Shown here: positions 1-8,720 of the stretch, piece after piece | Position numbering within the stretch: position 1 is the first letter of the stretch | How the letters are laid out: every line of letters begins with the position of its first letter | Assembly (NCBI GenBank): GCA_963668355.1 | Contig: OY764265.1 | Location: forward strand, 864,001 to 928,000 | Reading direction: 5' to 3' | Source of the DNA: Bdellovibrionota bacterium | GTDB taxonomy: Bacteria; Bdellovibrionota_G; JALEGL01; DATDPG01 | Length of the DNA: 64,000 nt | The notes under the pieces: generated by a model | What the model was told of the DNA's origin: nothing | Database searches by the model: none | Seen by the model: only the letters and a program-made list of their open reading frames with translations | Translations under genes and position numbers: made by a program

Positions 1-1
1 C

Positions 2-1456
2 TCCAATCCCATCTCGATTGCTTTGAACGCCAATGGGTTTCACGCGAAGCCAATGATTCTCGTTATTGGTTTCATTAATGTATAAATTGGCCATCTCTCC
101 GGCATCGTTGGTGATCAAATCCATTTTTCCATCATTATTAAAGTCACCGTACGCCATTCCACGACCCAATTTTTTCACATTGAGGTCTCCGCACTCTTTC
201 GTAACCAATTCAAATTTTCCAAAGCCCTTATTCCAATAGACCTGTCGTTCTTGCCTAGAGGAGACGCTTTCGGAGTAAGCATCAATATAGTCTGCGGGAT
301 GTCCACTGGTGATCACAATGTCCCTCCAACCATCATTATCAACGTCGATGGAGGAAAGACCGAAAGACACCAAGCGGTGATCTCCTTTTCCGAAACCCGC
401 TTTGTCCGCCACATCCACAAACTTCATATTCCCTTTGTTCTTGAACAAGGGGTTTTCTTCAAAAATGGAAGTTGTAATGACAGCATCTGGCAATCCATCG
501 CCATCATAATCATCCACTCCCACGGCCATTCCACCCGTGGCATCTCCATGTTCATCCAGGGCCACGCCGGCTTCCAGACCAACCTCTTTGAAGTTTCCCT
601 TTCCATCGTTCTTAAACAAAAACTTTGGATAACGATCGTTGGCAATGAGAAAGTCTTGAAAGCCATCATCGTCAAAATCCGAAAAGGCCACGGCGCACCC
701 TTTTCCTTTTTTGGTGATGCCCGCCTCTTCGGTGATTTCGGTGAATGTTCCGTTTCCGTTATTTCGATAAAGGCTTTGCTCCACGGGGTTATAGTCCAGA
801 GGGCCAGCAAAAAAATGAAAGCCTTCTCGTTTTGACAAGGCCCCCGCATGAACTTTCTTGTCGGGATCAAAGTCCACATAACGAATCAGCAATAGATCCA
901 AATCTCCATCATTTTCGATGTCTGCAAACGCAACGTGCGCGATGAAGGGACCCGCTTGGATGATTCCAGCTTCATCGGCGACATCGGTGAACGTTCCATC
1001 GCCATTATTGCGATACAAACGAACAAGGCCAAAATTGGTGACGATTAAATCGGTGTCTCCGTCATTATCATAATCCGAAGCCCCTACACCCAACCCAATT
1101 CCATAGTTTCCGACCCCGGCTGAATCGGTCACATCGGTAAACGTTCCATCTCCGTTGTTCCGATAAAGAATGCTTTTTTTGTTAGCTCCTTGAAGCAAGT
1201 AGATGTCTAAAAAATCGTCATTATTGTAATCGAAGAATCCTACACCCGAACCCACGGAGTCGACGATATTCCGCATTCGGGGGGCTCCCCATGTATGCTT
1301 GAAGACTACGCCCGAATTTTTAGCGACATCACGATAGTAGCATCGTGAACTTTTGGCTTCAGGTGTGATCGCAGATGGCGTGGAACAGCCATATCCAAAC
1401 ACCCCAAAGATCACCAGAGAACTCCCTAAACTCGTCCATTTCAGCCAACCCATCAT
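2..1456 (-). CDS. CRTAC1-like FG-GAP repeat / ASPIC-UnbV domain lipoprotein (3' end runs off the window)
   Basis: Not in the ORF track because it is truncated. Hand translation from ATG 1456 (GGGAGA RBS upstream) gives MMGWLKWTSLGSSLVIFGVFGYGC (lipobox-like)...FKHTWG..SVGSGVGFFDYNNDDFLDIY, and at the window edge NHWLRVKPIGVQSNRDGIG, the typical entry to an ASPIC/UnbV domain. Confidence 0.88.
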   Translation of the reverse strand, partial: MMGWLKWTSLGSSLVIFGVFGYGCSTPSAITPEAKSSRCYYRDVAKNSGVVFKHTWGAPRMRNIVDSVGSGVGFFDYNNDDFLDIYLLQGANKKSILYRNNGDGTFTDVTDSAGVGNYGIGLGVGASDYDNDGDTDLIVTNFGLVRLYRNNGDGTFTDVADEAGIIQAGPFIAHVAFADIENDGDLDLLLIRYVDFDPDKKVHAGALSKREGFHFFAGPLDYNPVEQSLYRNNGNGTFTEITEEAGITKKGKGCAVAFSDFDDDGFQDFLIANDRYPKFLFKNDGKGNFKEVGLEAGVALDEHGDATGGMAVGVDDYDGDGLPDAVITTSIFEENPLFKNKGNMKFVDVADKAGFGKGDHRLVSFGLSSIDVDNDGWRDIVITSGHPADYIDAYSESVSSRQERQVYWNKGFGKFELVTKECGDLNVKKLGRGMAYGDFNNDGKMDLITNDAGEMANLYINETNNENHWLRVKPIGVQSNRDGIG

Positions 1457-1565
1457 TCAATCTCCCTTTGATTTTTAATAGTACACCCTCAATTTTGTTT
1501 TCGAAATTCTTCGACCAAAAAATCCCTTCTCACTTGTTCGATTTGGGGCCAAACTGCTCCATGAA

Positions 1566-4500
1566 ATGGAACATCGCAAAACAACCCACTTCCTCACATT
1601 CACACTCTCTCTCATCCTTATGCAGTCAGCGTTTGGAGCCGGGTCAAAAAATTCCTTAAACGCCATTCGCGACCTAGGAACCGCCGAGTTTCAAAACGAG
1701 GAATATTCCAAGGCGGCCAAACATTTCCGAAAAACCCTAAAATTATCGGATGGGTCTCTGCTGGACCAAGTCAATCTGGGACTGAGTGAAACCTTGGCAC
1801 AGCAACACGAAAAAGCCATCTCCACGTTGACGGGTTTGTTAAAAAAACATCCGAACACTCCGCACGCTCATTACCTGCTCGGAATCATTTTTTTAAGACA
1901 AGATCGATACTCAGAGTCGATTCGAGAATTCACCAAACTTCTCAAGATGGACCCACTATGTGCTCCTGCACACTACAACCTAGGAGTCGCGCTCAAGCGA
2001 AATGACCAAATTGAAAAAGCCCAAAGGCATTGGAAAAAAACCGTGGCTTTGAACCCCAAACATGCCTCCGCCTATTTTGCTTTGTTCAATTATTTCAACT
2101 CAAAAAAGGACATAGGCAATGCCAAACGTGCTTACGAGCATTTTCGCAGGATAAAAGACGCCAAAAGAGTTGCCGACAACTCTCGGATGAATATTGAAAA
2201 ATCCAAGTATTTTCAATTGATGCCTTACCCTTGGCCACAACCTCAAAAAAATGACCGGGAAATTGTGGTGTCATTTCTCCCTGAAAAAGACAACTTTGGA
2301 CTCCAAAACCTGAAGGGAAGTCGGGCCATTGCCATGGAAGACTTCGACGATGATGGTTTGGAAGACTTAGTCGTCAACAATACGTTGTGGAGAAGTGTTG
2401 GAAACCGTTGGACCCAACACGGAGAAATTTTCAAATCCACAAGCCAAGCCCTTAACTGCCTGGAGCCCTTTGACTTTAACGGCGACGGCCATCTAGACCT
2501 CGCCATATGCGACGCAAACACAGTTCGCCTTCTAAAGGGAAAGGGCACCCTCTCTTTTGAGGAGCTGCCCAACCAACCCCCTTCCTGTGGACCCGCAGAA
2601 GTTTCTTTTCAACTTCACGCCGTCGACATTGACCACGAAGGAGATTTGGATCTTGTGTTGCTGTGTAGGAATTCAAACAAAGGAGATCGTTTTTTGCTTT
2701 TACGCAACAATGGTGATTCTTCGTTTTCGGATGTTACAAAAGCATCCAAAATTGAGTTGTCCAAAAACTTCCTCCAAAATGTAACTCTGTCTGACTTTGA
2801 TGCCAAAAATGACATTGACCTTCTCTTCTCTCAAAAAAATGGAAACGTTCAGTTCTTCCTGAATCGCCGGGACGGCACGTTTAGGGAATCCACTGCAACA
2901 CATACCGGCATTAAGAAACTCCCCGAAATTCAAGATACGCTACGGGGAGATCTCAATGGGGACAGTCTTCCAGATCTGATCTGGGTTGGCTCCAAGGGAG
3001 AGGTTCTTCCCTGGCTAAACCAAGGAGACACGAAGTTTTTCCAAGATCACTCGTCTTCTTCCATGACCCAAGAAGGCCGATCGATCCTGGCCCACTCCGG
3101 AACCTTGATGGATGTCGATAATGACGGAGACTTAGATTTATTCCTGATTGGATCCAATCCTCAGAAATCTTTGGCGCTATTTCGAAATGAAAACGGAGAA
3201 ACCTGGCGAAACCTTTCACAGGGATTACCTAAGAACCTTCCTGCGTTTGGGCCCGACGCAAACGTGTTTTCCGTCGACATCGACCAGGACGGAGACTTGG
3301 ATCTTCTCTTGAACTCGCCGGGTCAACCCTTCGTGGCTTTGCAAAACAAAGGTGGAAACCAAAATCATTCTCTTCGTCTTCGTTTGCGTGGACGAAAAAA
3401 CAACTCCGATGGTTTCGGTGTCAAAGTATGGATAAAAGATCCTTCTTTTTCCCTTTTCCGTGAATCCTTCAAACGATGGATTCACCTTGGAGTGGGCCCA
3501 AGAAAAGTAGTTGAAATTCTGGGTTTGAGATGGCCCACGGGGATCGAACAGAATGAATTTTCGGTCGGCGTTCGCCAAACCAAAACCTCCATGGAGCTAG
3601 CCGAACGACCGGGTTTGGCGGAGTCTTGTCCCTTTCTTTATGCGTTCAATGGCAAAACTTTTGAGTTCATTGGAGACTTCCTCGATACTACGCCGGTTGG
3701 CGTTAGCTTGGCTCCGGGCGAATTGTTTTTTCCCAATCACCGAGAAGCTCTATTGATTGAAGGGAGTCAATTGAAGCCCACCACCGACGGATGGCTACGA
3801 CTTCAAGTCACACAAGAACTCGCCGAACTCACACATTTGGATCGTGTAGACCTCTTCGCCATTGATCATCCCGTGGGTAGCAAGATTATTCCCAATGATC
3901 GTTTTTCAGGCCCACCATTTGCCCCATTTCGAATTCATCACGTGAGCCACCCGATTTATGCCAAAGAGGCGAGAGATCACCGGGGAAAACCCGTAGGTCA
4001 AAGCTTGCTCCAAACCGATCGGAAATACGCCTTACCCATGCCTTATCCAGACAAACGATATCCGGGTCTCACACAAAAATGGGAACTCATTCTTGAAACT
4101 CCCCCCATCCAAGAACAGGAAGAATTGTGGTTATTCCTGCGAGGTTCAACGCTTTGGACGGATGCAAGCGTTAACCACGCTGTGGCTCAAAATCCCAATG
4201 TTCACATTCTTCCGATTTCTTTGGACATTCAAAGATCGAATCAAACGTGGAAACGCGTCAGAGAAGATGTGGGCGTCCCTGCAGGAATCAACAAATTCCT
4301 TCCCGTCCGCTTAACAGACTTAGTTCGCCCTTCAGGTCAAACCATCCGACTCTCATCCACCATGGCCATTCTTTGGGACGAAGCCTTCTTTGCCAAGGGA
4401 AGTACAAAGAACGAACACCATCGGATCCACTCCATGTTGCCTCTTCAAGCCAGCCTTCATCCACGAGGTTTTTCAGAGCTATACAGTCCGGACGAACAAC

Positions 4501-4919
4501 TCCCCGACCTCTATGACTATGACCGCTTGCAAAAGAAACAACCCTTTCGAGTTGTTCAGGCCGGACACTACACCAAGTTTGGAGACGTAAAGGACCTCCT
4601 TCTTAAACATGACGACGAATACGTGACCCTGGCTCCCGGAGACGAATTGACCCTGGATTTCCCAGCTCACGACCTTCCTCCCCTGAAAACGGGCTGGCAA
4701 AGGGATTATATTTTTGAAGCCAAGGGATTCATCAAAGACGCCGAGTGGCGAACAGCTCATGCCGAAGAAGTCGAACCTCTTCCCTATCGGGACATGACCT
4801 CATACCCTCCCCCCCCAGGAGAAGGGTATGATCGGGAGAAACACCGAGAATACTTACAGAATTTCCAAACCCGCCTCTGGCCTCCAGAGGCTTGGTTCGA
4901 GACTGTAAAAAACAACTGA
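1566..4919 (+). CDS. Exported TPR + seven FG-GAP repeat + ASPIC/UnbV-like protein with large C-terminal domain of unknown function
   Basis: Signal peptide; TPRs (AHYLLG, AHYNLGVAL); seven DxDxDGxxD-like motifs; NHSLRLRLRG..NSDGFG and RWPTG; SCPFLYAFNG starts a ~430-aa C-terminal domain. Confidence 0.85.
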   Translation: MEHRKTTHFLTFTLSLILMQSAFGAGSKNSLNAIRDLGTAEFQNEEYSKAAKHFRKTLKLSDGSLLDQVNLGLSETLAQQHEKAISTLTGLLKKHPNTPHAHYLLGIIFLRQDRYSESIREFTKLLKMDPLCAPAHYNLGVALKRNDQIEKAQRHWKKTVALNPKHASAYFALFNYFNSKKDIGNAKRAYEHFRRIKDAKRVADNSRMNIEKSKYFQLMPYPWPQPQKNDREIVVSFLPEKDNFGLQNLKGSRAIAMEDFDDDGLEDLVVNNTLWRSVGNRWTQHGEIFKSTSQALNCLEPFDFNGDGHLDLAICDANTVRLLKGKGTLSFEELPNQPPSCGPAEVSFQLHAVDIDHEGDLDLVLLCRNSNKGDRFLLLRNNGDSSFSDVTKASKIELSKNFLQNVTLSDFDAKNDIDLLFSQKNGNVQFFLNRRDGTFRESTATHTGIKKLPEIQDTLRGDLNGDSLPDLIWVGSKGEVLPWLNQGDTKFFQDHSSSSMTQEGRSILAHSGTLMDVDNDGDLDLFLIGSNPQKSLALFRNENGETWRNLSQGLPKNLPAFGPDANVFSVDIDQDGDLDLLLNSPGQPFVALQNKGGNQNHSLRLRLRGRKNNSDGFGVKVWIKDPSFSLFRESFKRWIHLGVGPRKVVEILGLRWPTGIEQNEFSVGVRQTKTSMELAERPGLAESCPFLYAFNGKTFEFIGDFLDTTPVGVSLAPGELFFPNHREALLIEGSQLKPTTDGWLRLQVTQELAELTHLDRVDLFAIDHPVGSKIIPNDRFSGPPFAPFRIHHVSHPIYAKEARDHRGKPVGQSLLQTDRKYALPMPYPDKRYPGLTQKWELILETPPIQEQEELWLFLRGSTLWTDASVNHAVAQNPNVHILPISLDIQRSNQTWKRVREDVGVPAGINKFLPVRLTDLVRPSGQTIRLSSTMAILWDEAFFAKGSTKNEHHRIHSMLPLQASLHPRGFSELYSPDEQLPDLYDYDRLQKKQPFRVVQAGHYTKFGDVKDLLLKHDDEYVTLAPGDELTLDFPAHDLPPLKTGWQRDYIFEAKGFIKDAEWRTAHAEEVEPLPYRDMTSYPPPPGEGYDREKHREYLQNFQTRLWPPEAWFETVKNN

Positions 4920-4924
4920 ACACG

Positions 4925-4953
4925 TTGTCAAAAACAAGCTAACTGTTTATAAT
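4925..4953 (+). promoter_or_regulatory. sigma70-type promoter TTGTCA-N17-TATAAT
   Basis: TTGTCA 4925-4930, 17-bp spacer, TATAAT 4948-4953, 42 bp upstream of the 4996 start. Confidence 0.7.
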
Positions 4954-4995
4954 AAAACAATTATTGTCCTTTTTTGGGGGGGCCGTTTCAAGACT

Positions 4996-6435
4996 GTGAA
5001 CACACGCTCTACAAACTCCTGGCGGAGAATCCACATTATTTTGGGGCTGTTTTTTTTATGCGTCCTCCCACTTCATACGTGGGCCCAGTCTCTGACTTTT
5101 CAGCCCATCTACTTCAAATCACGAAAAGCCACCTTAGACGAGGCTTCGAAAGATGCGCTAAAAAGAATTGCGCAGCTTTTGGCCACACACCCCCAAGTGA
5201 CCCTGAAGCTCATCGGACATGCAGGAATTGAAGGAAAAAATGTCGATCCGCAAGCACTAAGCGAATCCCGAGCAACGAATGCCCTCAACTTCCTCCTAGA
5301 GGAAAAAGTAAAAAAGAAACGTCTTTCCGCTTTGGGAAAGGGGTCCGCCGAACTTTACGAACCAGGAAACCCGAGTGCGGCATCCAATCGACGGGTGGAG
5401 TTTGAATTTAAGGCCCCCGCCATCACCAAAAAAGACGGAAAAGAACTCGAAAAGATTCAGCTCATTTATTGGAACACGCTTTATCACGCCCTCATTCCCA
5501 TTACATACGTCAAAGGCTTCTTTGAGAAGGAGGGATTCGACGCATTGCTGATCGCGACCAACCACTCCACAATCAACCAAGTAAAAGCCAGCTGTGGCGT
5601 CGAGCCCTTTCTCAAATCCAAAGGCTTGATTTTTGCTGGAGCGGTGTGCGGAGGCTCCCCACATGAATCCATCGCGAAGGGATTAAAAATCAAGGTGATT
5701 GGTGGTCTGTTGTCAGGCGGTTCCATGCTCATCGCCAAACCGGAAATGGCCAAAAAACTTCGGGCCGATTGGAATAATTTCAGAGGAATTCGGATTGGTC
5801 GCCCCAAAGGAACCGTGCTCACGTCGATGATCGTTTCCTACAACGCATATATGAGAGGCGTCGATCACCGAAAGGAATTTAAGTGGCACCTTTACAATTC
5901 TCATGAGGAGGTGTTGGAAGCCATTGCTCGAGGAGAAATCGATGCTGGTGACACCTATGCACCCCTAAATCTTCGCGCCAAAGAGAAATATGGCATCGAA
6001 GAAGTCTACAATACCTTTGAGCTTTTTCCTTTCCATCCCTGCTGTCGCATCATCACCACACCCGAAAAACTCAAAAAAGACCGCCCCAAGTACGTCAGAT
6101 ATCTCAAAGCCATCATCCGAGGGCATGAATTTTTTACACGGTTTCCCTTGAAAGCGGTTGATATTGTTCAGGAATACACTGGATACACCAAAGATGAGGT
6201 CCGGATCTCCTTAACCAATCCTAACTTCCGCCTTAACCCCGACCCTCTTCGCAATGGCTTCATTAAGTTTTGGAAAATGATGAACGAGACCGGATTCATC
6301 CATTCCAAAGAAAACATTGAAGACTATATCGACAGTTCAGTTTATGAGGACGCTCTGAAGAAACTAATGGAAGAGGACCCTCAAAACCCGTATTATTCCT
6401 ACATGATGAAGCAGTTTCTGGTGCAGAATAGGTGA
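4996..6435 (+). CDS. OmpA-like peptidoglycan-binding domain fused to NMT1/SsuA-like ABC substrate-binding domain
   Basis: Signal peptide; IYF..GHA..LSESRA..NRRVEF (OmpA C-terminal domain); then KGFFEKEG, ARGEIDAG, HPCC and YID typical of the sulfonate/nitrate/thiamine SBP class. Confidence 0.8.
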   Translation: MNTRSTNSWRRIHIILGLFFLCVLPLHTWAQSLTFQPIYFKSRKATLDEASKDALKRIAQLLATHPQVTLKLIGHAGIEGKNVDPQALSESRATNALNFLLEEKVKKKRLSALGKGSAELYEPGNPSAASNRRVEFEFKAPAITKKDGKELEKIQLIYWNTLYHALIPITYVKGFFEKEGFDALLIATNHSTINQVKASCGVEPFLKSKGLIFAGAVCGGSPHESIAKGLKIKVIGGLLSGGSMLIAKPEMAKKLRADWNNFRGIRIGRPKGTVLTSMIVSYNAYMRGVDHRKEFKWHLYNSHEEVLEAIARGEIDAGDTYAPLNLRAKEKYGIEEVYNTFELFPFHPCCRIITTPEKLKKDRPKYVRYLKAIIRGHEFFTRFPLKAVDIVQEYTGYTKDEVRISLTNPNFRLNPDPLRNGFIKFWKMMNETGFIHSKENIEDYIDSSVYEDALKKLMEEDPQNPYYSYMMKQFLVQNR

Positions 6436-6439
6436 TGGG

Positions 6440-7543
6440 ATGCACGCGGAAGAAATAGCTATGAGTGATGTTTTGTCAAAACCGAAAGTTCTGATTGTCG
6501 ATGATGAGGTCGACAATTTAGATCTTTTGAAACGGGTTTTGCGCAGAGATTACGATGTTCATTCTGCACAGTCGGGACCGGACGCTCTAAAATTGATGGA
6601 AGATCATGATTTCTTCATCATTCTCACGGACCAACGAATGCCTAAGATGTTGGGAACCGAGTTTCTGGAAGAATCGGTTAAACGAGATCCTGCAGCCATT
6701 CGAATTTTAATCACGGGATACAGTGATATTGACAGCGTAATTGACGCCATCAATCGTGGTGCCGTTCATCGATACATAAAAAAGCCTTGGAATCGAGACG
6801 AACTAAAACGCGAGATTGAAAACAGCGTTCAGATCCAAAAACTCACCATGGAAAACCAAGAACTGGTTCGATCCATGCGAGAAACAAATAAAAAACTGCT
6901 CGAACAAGATGATCTTTTGAGAAAAAGTCTTGATGAGCGCTCTAGACAATTGCTTGAAACCAACGAGCAGCTCCGAAAACTTAATCAACGACTGGAAGGG
7001 CTCACGCTTCAAGATGGGTTGACGGGCTTGTACAATCACCGAGCTTTTCAGCAGCGGCTTCGAGAGGAAGTGGCGCGCGCAGGCCGCGCAAAACAACCCA
7101 TCTCACTCATCTTCATCGATATCGACCACTTTAAAAACTACAATGACACCAACGGACACCCTGCAGGCGATGAAGTCCTCAAAACGGTTGCCGGCATATT
7201 GACCGGAGACTCTCGTAGACACACGGACAAGGACTGGGGGGTCCGTGCTTCGGACATTGTTGCTCGCTACGGAGGAGAGGAATTCGCCATCATTCTTCCT
7301 GAAACCCCTTTAGAGGGCGGAAAGATAAAGGCTGAGCGAATCCGAAAAATGGTTGCTGAACATAATTTCCCTCATATGGAGTTTCAGCCTGACAAGAAAG
7401 TCACGATCAGCGTGGGAGTTGCCTCCTTCCCCGATGATGCCTCAAAATCTCAAGCACTCATTGATGAAGCGGACCAAGCGATGTATCACGCTAAGAAGAC
7501 GGGGCGAAATCAAGTCTGCACAAAACACGATCGGGAAAAATAA
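6440..7543 (+). CDS. Response regulator diguanylate cyclase (REC-coiled coil-GGEEF)
   Basis: VLIVDDE, TDQRMP, KPW receiver; DGLTGLYN, DIDHFK..ND..GH..GD, RASD I-site, RYGGEEF. Confidence 0.95.
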   Translation: MHAEEIAMSDVLSKPKVLIVDDEVDNLDLLKRVLRRDYDVHSAQSGPDALKLMEDHDFFIILTDQRMPKMLGTEFLEESVKRDPAAIRILITGYSDIDSVIDAINRGAVHRYIKKPWNRDELKREIENSVQIQKLTMENQELVRSMRETNKKLLEQDDLLRKSLDERSRQLLETNEQLRKLNQRLEGLTLQDGLTGLYNHRAFQQRLREEVARAGRAKQPISLIFIDIDHFKNYNDTNGHPAGDEVLKTVAGILTGDSRRHTDKDWGVRASDIVARYGGEEFAIILPETPLEGGKIKAERIRKMVAEHNFPHMEFQPDKKVTISVGVASFPDDASKSQALIDEADQAMYHAKKTGRNQVCTKHDREK

Positions 7544-7549
7544 TCTAAC

Positions 7550-8332
7550 GTGAATCGGCTTTCAAAGACGGCTTATCCTGAAGAGTTGGTGCGTTTTTTT
7601 TCTGACCTTTCAAAAGGGGAAGAAAACCGACAACGTTTTTTGGAGGGTTGGAAAAAAGACCAAGGAGACCTTGAAGAGCTGAAAGATCAGACATTCGCTT
7701 GGGTCATCGGAAAAAGTCAGCTTCCTTGGTTGGAAATGAAAATTTCTCCCCCTTATGAGGCCATGCTTGAAGAGGCCTTAAACGTTCAAGAAACTCTGAT
7801 CAGTCATCGATCCGGCGACAACCCTGACCCCTACCTGAACAACCGCGGATGGAAGGCCGTCAACCTCCACGGAATCTCCTCAAAACACACGCAAGCATTT
7901 GGAGTCTATGGTTACGAGAAGGAAGAAGATGTTCCCTATCGCTGGACCGAAATCGCAGATGCTTGCCCGGAAACCACGCGCTTCTTTCAAAAAGTATATC
8001 CGTGCGACATGTATTATCGTGTTCGATTCGTGGTTCTGGAACCCGGAGGATATATTCTTCCCCATGTGGATCGAGCCAATTCGTTTCTTTGGGAAATGAA
8101 CATTGCTTTAAATCACCCTTCGGACTGTTACTTTCGAATGGAACCCGGTTTGTATGTACCCTTTCGACCCCAGTCTGCCTTTTTACTGGACGTGTCCCAT
8201 AAACATGCCGTCGTCAATTTGTCGAACGAGCGGCGGTTTCACATGATTGTTCACGGAAATCCGCTCCACAAAGAAGCTTGGCAGGAGCTCATCTTAAAAA
8301 GTTTTCATGCGTTTCTAGACGAACTGGTTTGA
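7550..8332 (+). CDS. Aspartyl/asparaginyl beta-hydroxylase-like Fe(II)/2OG oxygenase
   Basis: GWKAVNLHG, CPET, RVRFVVLEPGGYILPHVD (HxD), distal HAVVN and RFHMIVHG. Confidence 0.75.
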   Translation: MNRLSKTAYPEELVRFFSDLSKGEENRQRFLEGWKKDQGDLEELKDQTFAWVIGKSQLPWLEMKISPPYEAMLEEALNVQETLISHRSGDNPDPYLNNRGWKAVNLHGISSKHTQAFGVYGYEKEEDVPYRWTEIADACPETTRFFQKVYPCDMYYRVRFVVLEPGGYILPHVDRANSFLWEMNIALNHPSDCYFRMEPGLYVPFRPQSAFLLDVSHKHAVVNLSNERRFHMIVHGNPLHKEAWQELILKSFHAFLDELV

Positions 8333-8341
8333 AATGCGTTT

Positions 8342-8366
8342 GCCCCCTTCGAAGCGGGGGCCTTTT
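8342..8366 (+). terminator. Intrinsic terminator hairpin between hydroxylase gene and tRNA region
   Basis: GCCCCC-ttcgaagc-GGGGGC followed by CTTTT. Confidence 0.55.
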
Positions 8367-8371
8367 ACTAC

Positions 8372-8390
8372 TGGTCGGGGCGACTGGATT
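8372..8390 (-). repeat. 19-bp direct repeat of the tRNA-Pro 3' end (att-like)
   Basis: TGGTCGGGGCGACTGGATT is identical at 8372-8390 and 8533-8551. Confidence 0.9.
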
Positions 8391-8486
8391 GCACGCGACT
8401 TTTGTCGCGTAGAATCCCAGGGAGAAAATTTCGCCACCACGCTTCGCGCGGTGCCGGCTCAATTTTGATGTTGTAAAACCACCCCG

Positions 8487-8532
8487 CCAAAAACAAAAAC
8501 CTCCCACCCAATGGGTGGAAGGTTTTTGTTTT

Positions 8533-8535
<3 letters not shown>
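8487..8535 (-). terminator. Long near-perfect hairpin immediately 3' of tRNA-Pro
   Basis: CCAAAAACAAAAACCTCCCACCCA-a-TGGGTGGAAGGTTTTTGTTTTTGG; 24-bp arms with one mismatch (G-U on the minus strand). Confidence 0.65.
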
Positions 8536-8609
<74 letters not shown>

Positions 8610-8720
8610 ACTTGGTCTGCTTCATACCACCAGACGCCTTGAATTGCCAGAGAGCAGCACCTCTTTGCACCCCACTCCCAAAGAAGCGAAGCGACCAGGC
8701 TTGTGCTACAATGGGGTTTG

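Noticed and set aside
251..945. ORFs 251-835(+), 424-879(-) and 745-945(+)
   Set aside because: They are shadows of the real minus-strand CRTAC1-like gene (2-1456), which has clear family motifs
1..8371. Whole left cluster as a tRNA-Pro-integrated genomic island
   Set aside because: The only att-like duplicate is 161 bp from the tRNA, so these genes lie outside it. No integrase is seen. A further repeat beyond the window cannot be excluded
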